Positions 20,630-30,437 of a stretch of DNA of 64,000 nt are shown here, one piece after another (positions within the stretch are counted from its first letter, which is position 1; each line of letters starts with the position of its first letter). The notes beneath the pieces are model-generated. The model saw only the letters and a program-made list of their open reading frames with translations, made no database searches and was not told the DNA's origin. Made by a program: the position numbers and the translations under genes. The DNA comes from Akkermansia muciniphila (GTDB taxonomy: Bacteria; Verrucomicrobiota; Verrucomicrobiia; Verrucomicrobiales; Akkermansiaceae), in assembly GCA_945874895.1 (NCBI GenBank), contig CAMCIC010000012.1, forward strand, positions 4,885-68,884, in the 5' to 3' direction.

Positions 20630-22771
20630 TCAGCCTTCGGCGGACTCGCCGGCGGCTTCTTTTTGGGCGAGCTCGCGGAGGTGCGCCTTGCGGCTCATTT
20701 TCACGCGACCTTTTTCGTCGACGCCCAAGCACTTCGCGGTGATCATTTCGCCTTTTTTCACGACATCCTCGACTTTTTCGACGCGTCCTTCGGCCAGTTC
20801 TGAGACGTGGACGAGACCATCTTTGCCGGGAAGCACTTCCATGAAGGCGCCGAAGGCGGTGATGCTAACGACGCGACCAGTGTAGGTCTTGCCCACTTCG
20901 ATCTCGGCAAACATGCGGTCGATCATTTCCTTCGCGCGGTCGAGACCGACCTGCTTGGAAGCATAGATGTGCACGGTGCCGTCGTCGTCGATGCTGATTT
21001 GCGCGCCAGACTCGGCCTGGATGCCCTTGATGTTTTTGCCGCCAGGGCCAATGAGCTCGCCGATGCGGTCCGCTGGAATCTTGACGGAAACAATGCGTGG
21101 GGCGTAGGGGCTTAGTTCAGCAGGGGCGCTGATGGACTCTTCCATCTTGTCGATGATCTTCATGCGGCCGTTTTTCGCCACTTCGATGCCTTCTTCGAGG
21201 ATGGAAAGTGGGATGCCGGGCAGTTTGAGGTCGAGTTGGTAACCCGTTACACCTTCACGAGTGCCGCAAAGTTTGAAGTCCATGTCGCCATAGAAGTCCT
21301 CGCTGCCGATGATGTCGAGCAGGGTGGTGTAGGCCTTGAGGTTGCCGTTTTCATCATAGTCGGTGACGAGACCGCAAGAAATGCCGCCTACGGTGGCCTT
21401 GAGTGGCACGCCGGAATTGAGCAAGGACATCACACCAGCGCAGACGGTGGCCATCGAAGTGGAACCGTTCGATTCGGTTACTTCGGAGGAAACACGCATG
21501 GCATAAGGGAATTCATCTTCCGCAGGGATCACCGGAGCGATCGAGCGCTCGGCGAGGGCGCCGTGGCCGATTTCGCGACGGTTCAGACCGCCCATGCGAC
21601 CTGTTTCACCCACCGAGAACGGAGGGAAGTTGTAGTGCAGGATGAAGCGTTTTTCCGTTTCACCACCAGCGTAGTTGTCCATTTCCTGTTTCTCATCGGC
21701 GGGAGCCAGAGTGGCGATGGCCAGGGCTTGCGTCTCGCCACGGGCGAACAGAGCAGAACCGTGGACGCGGGGTAGTAGCCCGACCTCGCCGTGCAGCGGA
21801 CGTAGGTCGCCGACTTTGCGACCATCGGCACGCAGACCTTTTTCCATGATGGAAATGCGGAAGGCTTTCTTTTGGAGGTATTCAAAGGCTTGCTCGATTT
21901 CAAACTCGGTGGTTTGCGGGAAACGCTCCATGATGGCGGCTTCCACTTCGTTGCGCAGAGCGCCGACTTTTTTACCGCGCTCGACTTTCGATGCAGCATA
22001 GATGGCGTCCTCGATGCGGCTGCCGGCAATTTCGTAGGCGACTTCCAGTAGCTCGTCTTTGGCGACGGTGACGGTGTATTCGCGCTTGGGCTTGGCGCAC
22101 TTGGCGATCAGCTCTTCTTGGGCGGCGATGATCTTTTGCACAGCGGCCTGGGCGAAATGCAGCGACTTGATGAATTCGGGTTCGGGCAGTTCCAGAGCGG
22201 AACCTTCGATCATGATCACATCATTTTTGCTACCGACATAGACGAGGTCGAGATCGCTCTCGGCACGTTCGTCGTGCGTAGGGTTGATCAAGAATTCGCC
22301 ATTGATGCGACCCACGCGCACGGCACCAATCGGGCCAGCGAAGGGGATATCGGACAGGCACAGTGCAGCGGAGGCGCCGTTCATCGAAAGGATGTCGGCG
22401 TCATTGATGCCATCGGCACTGAGCAACAGGGCGACGATTTGGGTGTCATAGAGGTAGCCCTTGGGGAACAGCGGACGCAGCGGACGGTCGGTCATGCGGC
22501 AGGTGAGAATTTCCTTTTCGGTGGGGCGACCCTCGCGTTTGAAGTATCCACCAGGGAACACACCGGCGGCGGAAGCTTTTTCCTTATACTCCACGGAGAG
22601 CGGGAAAAAGTTCTGGCCGGTTTTGATTTTGGTGGCGGAGACGGCGGTGACCAGAATGATGGTGTCACCGCAGCGGACGGTGACGGCACCGTCTGCGAGT
22701 TTGGCAAGTTTGCCGGTTTCGATCATCATGGGGTTGGAGCCCACATCGATGGTTACATTGTGTATTTGCAT
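20630..22771 (-). CDS. pnp: polyribonucleotide nucleotidyltransferase (PNPase)
   Basis: 713 aa with two RNase PH domains, a KH domain (IGELIGPGGKNIKGI) and an S1 domain (GRVVSITAFGAFMEVLPGKDGLVHVSE). Confidence 0.97.
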   Translation of the reverse strand: MQIHNVTIDVGSNPMMIETGKLAKLADGAVTVRCGDTIILVTAVSATKIKTGQNFFPLSVEYKEKASAAGVFPGGYFKREGRPTEKEILTCRMTDRPLRPLFPKGYLYDTQIVALLLSADGINDADILSMNGASAALCLSDIPFAGPIGAVRVGRINGEFLINPTHDERAESDLDLVYVGSKNDVIMIEGSALELPEPEFIKSLHFAQAAVQKIIAAQEELIAKCAKPKREYTVTVAKDELLEVAYEIAGSRIEDAIYAASKVERGKKVGALRNEVEAAIMERFPQTTEFEIEQAFEYLQKKAFRISIMEKGLRADGRKVGDLRPLHGEVGLLPRVHGSALFARGETQALAIATLAPADEKQEMDNYAGGETEKRFILHYNFPPFSVGETGRMGGLNRREIGHGALAERSIAPVIPAEDEFPYAMRVSSEVTESNGSTSMATVCAGVMSLLNSGVPLKATVGGISCGLVTDYDENGNLKAYTTLLDIIGSEDFYGDMDFKLCGTREGVTGYQLDLKLPGIPLSILEEGIEVAKNGRMKIIDKMEESISAPAELSPYAPRIVSVKIPADRIGELIGPGGKNIKGIQAESGAQISIDDDGTVHIYASKQVGLDRAKEMIDRMFAEIEVGKTYTGRVVSITAFGAFMEVLPGKDGLVHVSELAEGRVEKVEDVVKKGEMITAKCLGVDEKGRVKMSRKAHLRELAQKEAAGESAEG

Positions 22772-22920
22772 GTCTGTCTATTTTCGTTTGGTTGAACCTG
22801 TGGCGATTGCGCACAGGGGTGTGTTGTGGTTTTGGACAGACCCGTAAGGTGAAGAAAATGTCAGAGGGTAACTGTCCACGATGCTGTTTTCATGAGGAAA
22901 ACAAACACCGCTTTTATCAG

Positions 22921-22951
22921 AACGGCCACGGAGGAAACCTCGGTGGCCGTT
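22921..22951 (-). terminator. hairpin after rpsO (terminator or attenuator preceding the pnp leader)
   Basis: AACGGCCAC...GTGGCCGTT forms a 9-bp stem with additional inner pairing, 17 nt downstream of the rpsO stop. The U-tract is weak, so this may be a partial terminator or a processing site. Confidence 0.45.
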
Positions 22952-22967
22952 TGAGAAAGGATGGGAA

Positions 22968-23225
22968 TTAGCGGCGGAGACCCAGCGAGCTGATCAGCTT
23001 CTGGTAGCGCTCCTCGGATTTCGCTTGCACGAAGTTGAGAAGCTTGCGGCGCTGAGCCACGAGTTTCAGCAGACCGCGGCGCGATGAGTTATCTTTCACG
23101 TGATTGCCCAAGTGGCTGGTGAGGTGGGCGATGCGCTGTGTCATCAGGGCGACTTGGTATTCGGCGCTGCCGGTGTCGTTTGCGTGTTGTTTGTAATCAG
23201 CAAGATTAATGGTATTTTCACTCAT
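22968..23225 (-). CDS. rpsO: 30S ribosomal protein uS15
   Basis: ORF trimmed to the ATG at 23225. MSENTINLADYKQHANDTGSAEYQVALMTQRIAHLTSHLGNHVKDNSSRRGLLKLVAQRRKLLNF is canonical uS15. Confidence 0.93.
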   Translation of the reverse strand: MSENTINLADYKQHANDTGSAEYQVALMTQRIAHLTSHLGNHVKDNSSRRGLLKLVAQRRKLLNFVQAKSEERYQKLISSLGLRR

Positions 23226-23342
23226 AGGGATTGTCGGTTCAGCGCAGCCGGAAATGGCCGTTCTGTCCTGTGAAGGCGGCGCAAGAAAAGCAGGTCGACG
23301 CCGAAAAGCAAGGTTTTTCTGCAAAAATCAGCACGTTTTCGG

Positions 23343-24767
23343 TTACAGCAACAATTTCCTGACAACTTTTCCGTGGACATCGGTCAGGCGGTAATCGCGA
23401 CCTTGGTGGCGGAAGGTGAGGCGCTCATGGTCGATGCCGAGCTGATGCATCAGGGTCGCGTGCAGGTCGTGGACAGGTACTTCGTCTTTTACGACGGAGT
23501 AGCAAAAATCATCCGTCTTACCGTGGATCAGTCCTGGCTGGAATCCGCCGCCAGCGACCAGTGTGGTGAAGCAGTTCGCATGGTGGTCACGACCGTATGA
23601 TTCTTGGACCTTCGTGTCTTGGCTGAAGGTGGTGCGTCCGAACTCACCACCCCAGACGACGATGGTGTCATCCAACAAACCGCGCTGTTTCAGATCCGTG
23701 ATCAGCGCGGCGGATGCTTGATCGGTCTCCTTGCAGCGCTTGGGCAGGTGGGCGGGTAGGTTGAAGTGGTGGTCCCAGCCCGTGTGGTAGAGCTGGATGA
23801 AACGGACATCGCGCTCCGCGAGTCGGCGTGCCATCAGGCAATTGAAGGCAAAGGTGCCGGGTTGGCGAGCATCTTCACCGTAGAGTTTGTAGGTGGATTC
23901 TGGCTCGTCGGAGAGATTCGCCAGGCTCGGAACCGAACTTTGCATGCGGAAGGCCATTTCATATTGTTCGATGCGCGTGGCCACGGCGGGGTCGGCACTG
24001 CGGGCGAGTTCCTCTTGATTGAGCTTGTGGATCGCATCGAAAATTTTCCGCCGCTCGGTAATGGTCTTTTGTGTGGGATCATTGAGGTAAAGCACAGGTT
24101 CCGCGCCCGAGCGCAGCCGCACCCCTGCATGGCGACCAGAAAGAAATCCGCTGCTCCAAAGGCGATTGTTAAGCGGTTGGTTGTTGGGCAATTCGCCGAT
24201 GGATACCAGCACCACGAAATCCGGGAGATTGCGGTTCATGCTACCCAGTCCATAGCTCAGCCAAGATCCGAAGGACGGTCTGCCCGGCAGGTTATGCCCC
24301 GTTTGCATGAAGGTCATCGCGGGGTCGTGATTCACGGGACTCGTGCTCGTGCTAAGGATGGTGCAAAAATCATCGGTGATTTTTGCCATGTGCGGCAAAA
24401 GCTCACTCATCCAAGCGCCGTTGTTGCCGTGTTGGGCGAACTGGTATTTGCTGGCCACGACAGGTCGGATCGCTCCCTTGGCGTTGAAATCCGTCAGCCG
24501 TCCAGCCTGCTTGACCAAGGAAAACATGTCCTTGCCGTGATGCTGTGCGAGCAGGGGTTTGGGATCGAAAAGATCCACCTGCGAGGGGCCGCCCGCTTGA
24601 AAGAGGTAAATGATCCGCTTCGCCCGTGGTGATGGCGTGACGATGGAAGGGTGGGGGCTTTGCGCCGCTTCGATCCCCGTTAAGGCAATGCCCCCAAGCC
24701 CCGCAGCGCCGAGTTGCAACATGCGGCGGCGGCTCATGGATTCAAGCATGGATTCCAGTTCGTTCAT
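23343..24767 (-). CDS. DUF1501-family protein (sulfatase/alkaline-phosphatase-superfamily-like), TAT signal
   Basis: 474 aa with the twin-arginine signal MSRRRMLQLGAAGLGGIAL and DUF1501-type blocks (GGPSQVDLFDPKP, HTGWDHH, VVWGGEFGRT). It starts 4 nt after the upstream gene. Confidence 0.85.
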   Translation of the reverse strand: MNELESMLESMSRRRMLQLGAAGLGGIALTGIEAAQSPHPSIVTPSPRAKRIIYLFQAGGPSQVDLFDPKPLLAQHHGKDMFSLVKQAGRLTDFNAKGAIRPVVASKYQFAQHGNNGAWMSELLPHMAKITDDFCTILSTSTSPVNHDPAMTFMQTGHNLPGRPSFGSWLSYGLGSMNRNLPDFVVLVSIGELPNNQPLNNRLWSSGFLSGRHAGVRLRSGAEPVLYLNDPTQKTITERRKIFDAIHKLNQEELARSADPAVATRIEQYEMAFRMQSSVPSLANLSDEPESTYKLYGEDARQPGTFAFNCLMARRLAERDVRFIQLYHTGWDHHFNLPAHLPKRCKETDQASAALITDLKQRGLLDDTIVVWGGEFGRTTFSQDTKVQESYGRDHHANCFTTLVAGGGFQPGLIHGKTDDFCYSVVKDEVPVHDLHATLMHQLGIDHERLTFRHQGRDYRLTDVHGKVVRKLLL

Positions 24768-24771
24768 GGCA

Positions 24772-26982
24772 TCATTTGCGGGTAAGGGTCTCGCTGAGGT
24801 TGAGTATCACATGGCAGACATCGGATAGCGCCGCCAGACGCGTGGGGTCGAGTTGGGCATCCACGGGGGAGTCTACGATGCGAAGCCATTTTTCCGCTGC
24901 GGGTCGATCGATCTGATAATGTGCCAGACGGTCATGATACAATTCCTTCAACATCCCCAGCTCCTTCGCCTCAGCGGAGCGCACCAGCAGAAGTTGCACG
25001 GCAAGGTTCATTTGTTTTTCCTGTTCGATCGGTTCTTGTTTCAAGACCCTCTCGGCAAGCTTGCGCGCCGCCTCGATGAATGTTGGGTCGTTCAGTGTGA
25101 CGAGCGCCTGCAAGGGGGTGTTTGTGTTGCTGCGCTCGACCGTGCAGATCTCACGGTTTGGTGCATCAAACACCGCCATGGCGGGATGGATGGCTGCGCG
25201 CCGCCAGAAAGTGTAGAGGCTTTTCCGATAGAGATCTGCTCCGGAGGATGCTTGGTAGATTTCCGTATGGCTGGGCGGTGCGCTCAGGTCCTCCCAAACA
25301 CCTGCCGGTTGATGCGGCATCACGCTGGGGCCGCCAACTTTGCGTGTGAGCAAGCCACTGGCCGCGAGGGCTTGATCTCGAATGGTCTCTGCTGGCAGGC
25401 GGAACGAAGGACCTCGCGCCAGCAAGCGGTTTTCGGCATCATCCAGCTCACTGCGGAAACGCGAATCCTGACGGTAAGTCGCAGAAAGGACGATGTTGCG
25501 GATGAGATGGTGCAAGTCCCAACCACTTTTGCGGAAATCCTCCGCCAGCCAATCGAGCAATTCAGGATGGCTGGGCATCTCCCCCTGAAGCCCAAAGTTG
25601 TCCGCCGTTTTCACCAGCCCCATGCCGAAAAACTGCTGCCAGATCCGGTTCACGGTGACGCGCGCGAATAATGGATTCTCAGGCACGGTGAGCCATTTCG
25701 CAAGGCCTAACCGATTTTGCGCATAGCCCGTGAAAGTTGGTAGCATTTCCGGCGTTCGCGGCGACACTTTTTCGCCGGGTTGATCGAAGAGACCTTTTTT
25801 CAGCACGAAAGTTTCGCGTGGTTTCTCGGCCATGATCATGGCGCGTGATGCGGCGGCTGGGTCATCTCCCACTTTCACAAAAGGAGCGGCTGCCATTTCC
25901 TTGCGTCCCTTTTCCCCCGGTGCCCCCGCTTCCGCACTGGTGTTGAAAAACGCGAAGAATGAGTAGTATTCCCGGATCGAAATAGGGTCGTATTTGTGAT
26001 CATGACAGCGGCAGCAATCCATCGTCAGACCAAGGAAAAGTGTGCCGGCGGTGGCCGCTTTATCGTTCGCATACATGACGCGGTATTCCTCGTCATTGAT
26101 GCCACCCTCGATGCTGTAGCCGTGGTTGCGGTTGAAGCCGGTGGCGATGAGTTGATCTTGTGTGGGACTCTCGAACAAATCGCCTGCCAGTTGTTGGGTG
26201 ACGAAACGATCATAGGGCATGTTCTGGCGAAAAGCTTGGATCACCCAATCGCGCCACGGCCACATCGTGCGTCGGTTATCGAATTGGTATCCATTGCTAT
26301 CTGCATACCGCGCGTTGTCCATCCAGACCGCGGCCATGCGTTCGGCGTAATCGTCGCTCTTGAGCAGGCGATCCACCACTTTTGCATGGGCGTTGGCAGA
26401 GTTATCCATGAGAAAGGCCTTCGTCTCATCCGGACTGGGTGGTAGACCCGTGAGATCGAGCGTAACTCTTCGCAAGAAAGCCGTGCGCTCTGCCTCTGGC
26501 GACGGTTGGATTTTTTTTGTTTCCAGTTGTGCGAGAACGAACTGGTCGACCGCCGTGCGGGGCCAACCTTTCGCAGCGACCTGCGGAGGTTGGTGACTCT
26601 TGATCGGCTCAAAGCTCCAGTGGTTGGTGTAAACTGCACCCTCTTTCACCCAGCGGATGAGAATTTCTTTTTGCTCTGGAGTTAGAGGTTTTTTTGCCTT
26701 GGGTGGTGGCATCATTTCATCTCGCTCTTCGGATAGAATGCGTATGATGATCTCACTAGCGTCAGGGTCGCCCGGCTTGATGGCCTTGCCACTATCGCCA
26801 CCTGCCATAGCGGCATCACGCTGGTCGAGTCGTAGCCCGCCCTCGCGCTTGCTAGAGTCTTGACCGTGACAGGCGAAACAGCGGTCGGAAAGGATGGGGC
26901 GCACATCTCGCCCATAATCCAGCAGTTCACGCCCCATGCAGGGAAGGGCGAGCAGCGCCAGGAGCAGAAAAAAAGATTTCAT
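24772..26982 (-). CDS. PSCyt1/DUF1549/DUF1553 (PSD1) multidomain protein
   Basis: ORF 24772-27066 trimmed to the ATG at 26982 (MKSFFLLLALLALPCMG, signal). CXXCH motifs at CFACHG and CCRCHDHKYDP. DUF1549 block LRRVTLDLTGLPPSPDE; DUF1553 block NRIWQQFFGMGLVKTADNFG. Confidence 0.85.
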   Translation of the reverse strand: MKSFFLLLALLALPCMGRELLDYGRDVRPILSDRCFACHGQDSSKREGGLRLDQRDAAMAGGDSGKAIKPGDPDASEIIIRILSEERDEMMPPPKAKKPLTPEQKEILIRWVKEGAVYTNHWSFEPIKSHQPPQVAAKGWPRTAVDQFVLAQLETKKIQPSPEAERTAFLRRVTLDLTGLPPSPDETKAFLMDNSANAHAKVVDRLLKSDDYAERMAAVWMDNARYADSNGYQFDNRRTMWPWRDWVIQAFRQNMPYDRFVTQQLAGDLFESPTQDQLIATGFNRNHGYSIEGGINDEEYRVMYANDKAATAGTLFLGLTMDCCRCHDHKYDPISIREYYSFFAFFNTSAEAGAPGEKGRKEMAAAPFVKVGDDPAAASRAMIMAEKPRETFVLKKGLFDQPGEKVSPRTPEMLPTFTGYAQNRLGLAKWLTVPENPLFARVTVNRIWQQFFGMGLVKTADNFGLQGEMPSHPELLDWLAEDFRKSGWDLHHLIRNIVLSATYRQDSRFRSELDDAENRLLARGPSFRLPAETIRDQALAASGLLTRKVGGPSVMPHQPAGVWEDLSAPPSHTEIYQASSGADLYRKSLYTFWRRAAIHPAMAVFDAPNREICTVERSNTNTPLQALVTLNDPTFIEAARKLAERVLKQEPIEQEKQMNLAVQLLLVRSAEAKELGMLKELYHDRLAHYQIDRPAAEKWLRIVDSPVDAQLDPTRLAALSDVCHVILNLSETLTRK

Positions 26983-27096
26983 GGAACGCGTATCTTGTGT
27001 CTTTACTTCTGCCATCGTTGAGGGATTTTTCAAGGGAAGGCGCGCCGTGAGAAGAGGAGCAGGCAAGATGGTTCCAAAAAAACCACGGTGTGGATT

Positions 27097-28494
27097 TTAT
27101 GGAAGGACCACGACGGTATCCCGATAGACTCCCGCAGGCAAAGCAACCGCAGTAGAGCCGGGGTTTTCGATTCGCACATTGCCTTGTATTACCACGTTTT
27201 CAGCAAAGGTCACGGGACCTTGGATTTCTAGGCGAATGCAGTCGATGAGCGAGGGCATTCCGATCCCTTCGATGGAGTCCACCAGTTTGTAATGGTCACT
27301 CATCACCACATCGGGAGGCACCCCTTGGCGGACATCTCGTAGTTTCACACGACCATCGTGACCCACTTCATAGGCATCCGAACGCAGGCTGAAAAGATCG
27401 GCCGTGGTTTTCACTGGGGCGAAACGGCTGCGTGGAACCTCGATGGCAGCAGCTCCGGTGAAGCATTCGATGGCAGCTCCCATCGCGACCTCGAGTTGGA
27501 TGACGGGCGTGGAGTTTTTGTCGCGCGGGTCTACGGTCTTGCGATTGACGATCATGGGCAGAGGAAGAACGCCATTGCACTGAGCGAGCAGATCGCGCAG
27601 GGCATCGAGCCGCAGCCATAGGTTGTTGGTGTTAAAATACTGATGTTTTTCGATGTCTTGGAATTCCTCTAGGTCTGTGGTCGGGCACTGGGCGACTTCG
27701 CGCAAGAGCAATTGACCGTCGCTCTGCCGCACAGCGAGGTGCCCACCTTTGCGGTCGGCACTGGTGCGTCGCGTCACCTCCATCAAAAACGGTGCGCCGC
27801 TGGTGGCAAAATATTCTAACAACTCGGGTTCCATGATGGCGCCGAGGTTGTCGGAGTTCGAGACGAATGCATACTTCACGCCGGATTCCAGCAGCCGATC
27901 TAGCCAACCGCTGCCGACTAGGGCGGGATAGAGGTCACCATGCCCGGGGGGGCACCATTCAAGTTCTGGATCTTGGGGCCAGGACACGGGGGTAAGAGTG
28001 GTGGCATCCAGCTTGGGCACTTGGTTCTGCATGAGCTCGACTTCCGCAGCATCGGCGAAGCCCTCATGGCGGAAGCGTTGCAAATGGCAAAGGGTGTCCT
28101 CGCTGGTGTTAAAGCTGTTCATCAGCAGCAGTCGCACGTTTTCTCCGCTCGACTCGCGGAGGAATTGAATTTGGCGCACCATGATGTCGAGAAATGTGGC
28201 GCCATCCCGCACAGCGAGAAGGCTTTTGGCGGCTTGCAAGCCCATGCTGGTGCCGAGGCCACCATTGAGCTTGATCACCACCACTTCGCCGAGACGAGCG
28301 GCGCTGGGCGGGGGGGCGTGGGTGGACAGTTTTGCCCAATCGGCAAGACCGCGGGCTGGGGTGATGGCAGATTCTTCAATCAAGCCAGACTCCTGACGCA
28401 CGAGTGCGCCGAAGTTGCGGCGAAACGCCTCGATGGCCGCACGCGACACACCGGCCGCTATCATTTTTGCTTCGACGGGAGTGAAGTCGCTCAT
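27097..28494 (-). CDS. UTP--glucose-1-phosphate uridylyltransferase, UDPGP (eukaryotic-type) family
   Basis: The ORF-track start is TTG; the ATG is at 28494 (MSDFTPVE...). VVIKLNGGLGTSMGLQAAKSLL, LLMNSFNTSEDT, WCPPGHGDLY and FVSNSDNLGA are UDPGP-family motifs and are unrelated to GalU. Confidence 0.8.
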   Translation of the reverse strand: MSDFTPVEAKMIAAGVSRAAIEAFRRNFGALVRQESGLIEESAITPARGLADWAKLSTHAPPPSAARLGEVVVIKLNGGLGTSMGLQAAKSLLAVRDGATFLDIMVRQIQFLRESSGENVRLLLMNSFNTSEDTLCHLQRFRHEGFADAAEVELMQNQVPKLDATTLTPVSWPQDPELEWCPPGHGDLYPALVGSGWLDRLLESGVKYAFVSNSDNLGAIMEPELLEYFATSGAPFLMEVTRRTSADRKGGHLAVRQSDGQLLLREVAQCPTTDLEEFQDIEKHQYFNTNNLWLRLDALRDLLAQCNGVLPLPMIVNRKTVDPRDKNSTPVIQLEVAMGAAIECFTGAAAIEVPRSRFAPVKTTADLFSLRSDAYEVGHDGRVKLRDVRQGVPPDVVMSDHYKLVDSIEGIGMPSLIDCIRLEIQGPVTFAENVVIQGNVRIENPGSTAVALPAGVYRDTVVVLP

Positions 28495-28562
28495 GGTGCG
28501 CAAAAGCTAATCATGCAAATGAGCTTTGCCAAGTGAATTGCTAGCAGGCGAGGGACGCGAGG

Positions 28563-29519
28563 TCACTTGCCTTGCCAGTCACCGTATTGACGGAATTTAT
28601 CGTAGCGCTGTTTCAGCAAATCCGCCGGAGCGAGCTGCAGCAACTCGTGCAAATGCCGACTTACTTCCTCGCGCAGAGCGATGGCCGCTGCGGCGTGATC
28701 ATGATGCGCACCGCCGATGGGTTCGGCAATCACGCCGTCGATCAGATTGAGTTTTTTCAAGTCTGGCGCGGCAATTTTCATCGCTTCCGCCGCCTCGGGC
28801 GCGTGCTTGCGGTGTTTCCACAAAATCGCCGCGCAACCTTCTGGGCTGATCACGGAGTAATAGGCATTTTCCATCATGAGCACGCGGTCCGCCACGCCGA
28901 TGCCCAGAGCGCCGCCCGAGCCACCTTCGCCGAGAACTACGGCCACGATGGGCACCTTGATCAACATCATTTCGCGTAGGTTGTATCCGATGGCTTCAGC
29001 GATGTTGCGCTCTTCCGCTCCGATGCCGGGAAAGGCGCCGGGGGTATCAATGAGGCAAACGATGGGGATGCGGAATTTTTCCGCCAACCGCATGAGCCGG
29101 ATCGCTTTGCGATATCCTTCCGGATGGGCGCTACCGAAATTGCGCAGCAGGTTTTCTTTGGTATCGCGACCTTTTTGGTGGCCGATCACCATGACCTTTT
29201 GGTCGCCCAGCATCGCGAGTCCCGCCGGCATGGACTTGTCATCGCCGATGTGACGGTCGCCATGCAGTTCACAAAAATCCGCGAACGCCAGTGAGACATA
29301 ATCGAGCATATAAGGACGTTGTACGTGGCGGGCGATTTGCACGCGTTGCCATGGTGTAAGATCCTGATACAGAGAAACGCGGGTTTGGGCGAGCTTTTCC
29401 TCCATCTCAGAAATTTGCGCGGATAGATCGATGTTTTGCGAATCCGCTTTGTCGCGGAGTTTTTCCAATTCGCGTTCCATTTCGGCGATGGGCTTTTCAA
29501 ATTCGAGCAACTGGATCAT
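28563..29519 (-). CDS. accA: acetyl-CoA carboxylase carboxyltransferase subunit alpha
   Basis: 318 aa. Blocks: LDFEKPI-like N-terminus (LEFEKPIAEME), RPYMLDY, GRDTKENLLRNFG, IDTPGAFPGIGAEERN. Confidence 0.93.
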   Translation of the reverse strand: MIQLLEFEKPIAEMERELEKLRDKADSQNIDLSAQISEMEEKLAQTRVSLYQDLTPWQRVQIARHVQRPYMLDYVSLAFADFCELHGDRHIGDDKSMPAGLAMLGDQKVMVIGHQKGRDTKENLLRNFGSAHPEGYRKAIRLMRLAEKFRIPIVCLIDTPGAFPGIGAEERNIAEAIGYNLREMMLIKVPIVAVVLGEGGSGGALGIGVADRVLMMENAYYSVISPEGCAAILWKHRKHAPEAAEAMKIAAPDLKKLNLIDGVIAEPIGGAHHDHAAAAIALREEVSRHLHELLQLAPADLLKQRYDKFRQYGDWQGK

Positions 29520-29542
29520 GGCGTGACGGGAGTGTAACAGGA

Positions 29543-30427
29543 TTACGGACGGATTTCCACCTCATTTCCTACGCGGAGCAAAAGGGCGAGTTCTTCGGTA
29601 TCGGCGGGCTGTAGATGACATCCGGGAACGGCGGAATCACCCGCGGGGACGATCAGCAACTTGCGCTCAAGTGTGATGATTTTCTGGGACTCGAGGTATC
29701 CTTTCATCCCAGGTGTAACGTTTTTTTCTCCGAGCGTGCCATTCTTGTTGACGATCTTGAGAGTGGTCGTCGCAGCGGGTAGGGCGATGGTTTTGGTCGT
29801 CCGGTACTCCTTCAAAAAAGTGCCCCCATTCCATAAACTTAGGGTTTCGCGCTTGCGCTCGATCACTACCCTAAGGTTGAGCGGCATGATGTTCAATTCG
29901 TCTCCCGGTTGCAACGGTCGCATTTCCAGCAGACCGTTGAAATGCATCAGAGCGTCCAGCGTCGTTTGATTCTTCGCTGTGATACCCAGGTAGGAGTCAC
30001 CGCGTTTGACTTGATACGATACCAAGTGCGGGTTGTTGCGGAGGGACAGAAAATCGTCTAAATTCATTTCGCCGAGGATTTGACGGGCCATAGGCGCGGC
30101 ATTCGATGTCGGATAGTAATTGATCAGAAACAAGAGTTTCTCCCGGGCATCGGCGATTTTACCTGTGGCTAACAACTCGGCGGCTTTCTGGAAGGCTTTG
30201 TCGCCGGGTTCGATATCGACCATTTCGGGCAGATCCAGCGCTTTTTCGTGCTCGTTGGCGGGATCGGCTAGCAGTCTTTCTGGTTCTGGCATCCATTGCA
30301 GAAACAATCGTGCCAGCGGCGCGGGGACTGACTTGCCCATCACATGCATCGTGAAATACACGGATAGGGCCACGATGGTCGCTACGACCAAGGCACATAC
30401 CAGTTTCACAAAAGTCCAGACTCGCAT
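29543..30427 (-). CDS. LysM-domain membrane-anchored protein
   Basis: Trimmed to the ATG at 30427 (MRVWTFVKLVCALVVATIVALSVYF, N-terminal TM helix). LysM motif: YQVKRGDSYLGITAKNQTTLDALMHFNGL...LQPGDELNIMP. Confidence 0.7.
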   Translation of the reverse strand: MRVWTFVKLVCALVVATIVALSVYFTMHVMGKSVPAPLARLFLQWMPEPERLLADPANEHEKALDLPEMVDIEPGDKAFQKAAELLATGKIADAREKLLFLINYYPTSNAAPMARQILGEMNLDDFLSLRNNPHLVSYQVKRGDSYLGITAKNQTTLDALMHFNGLLEMRPLQPGDELNIMPLNLRVVIERKRETLSLWNGGTFLKEYRTTKTIALPAATTTLKIVNKNGTLGEKNVTPGMKGYLESQKIITLERKLLIVPAGDSAVPGCHLQPADTEELALLLRVGNEVEIRP

Positions 30428-30437
30428 GATGGCGGCA

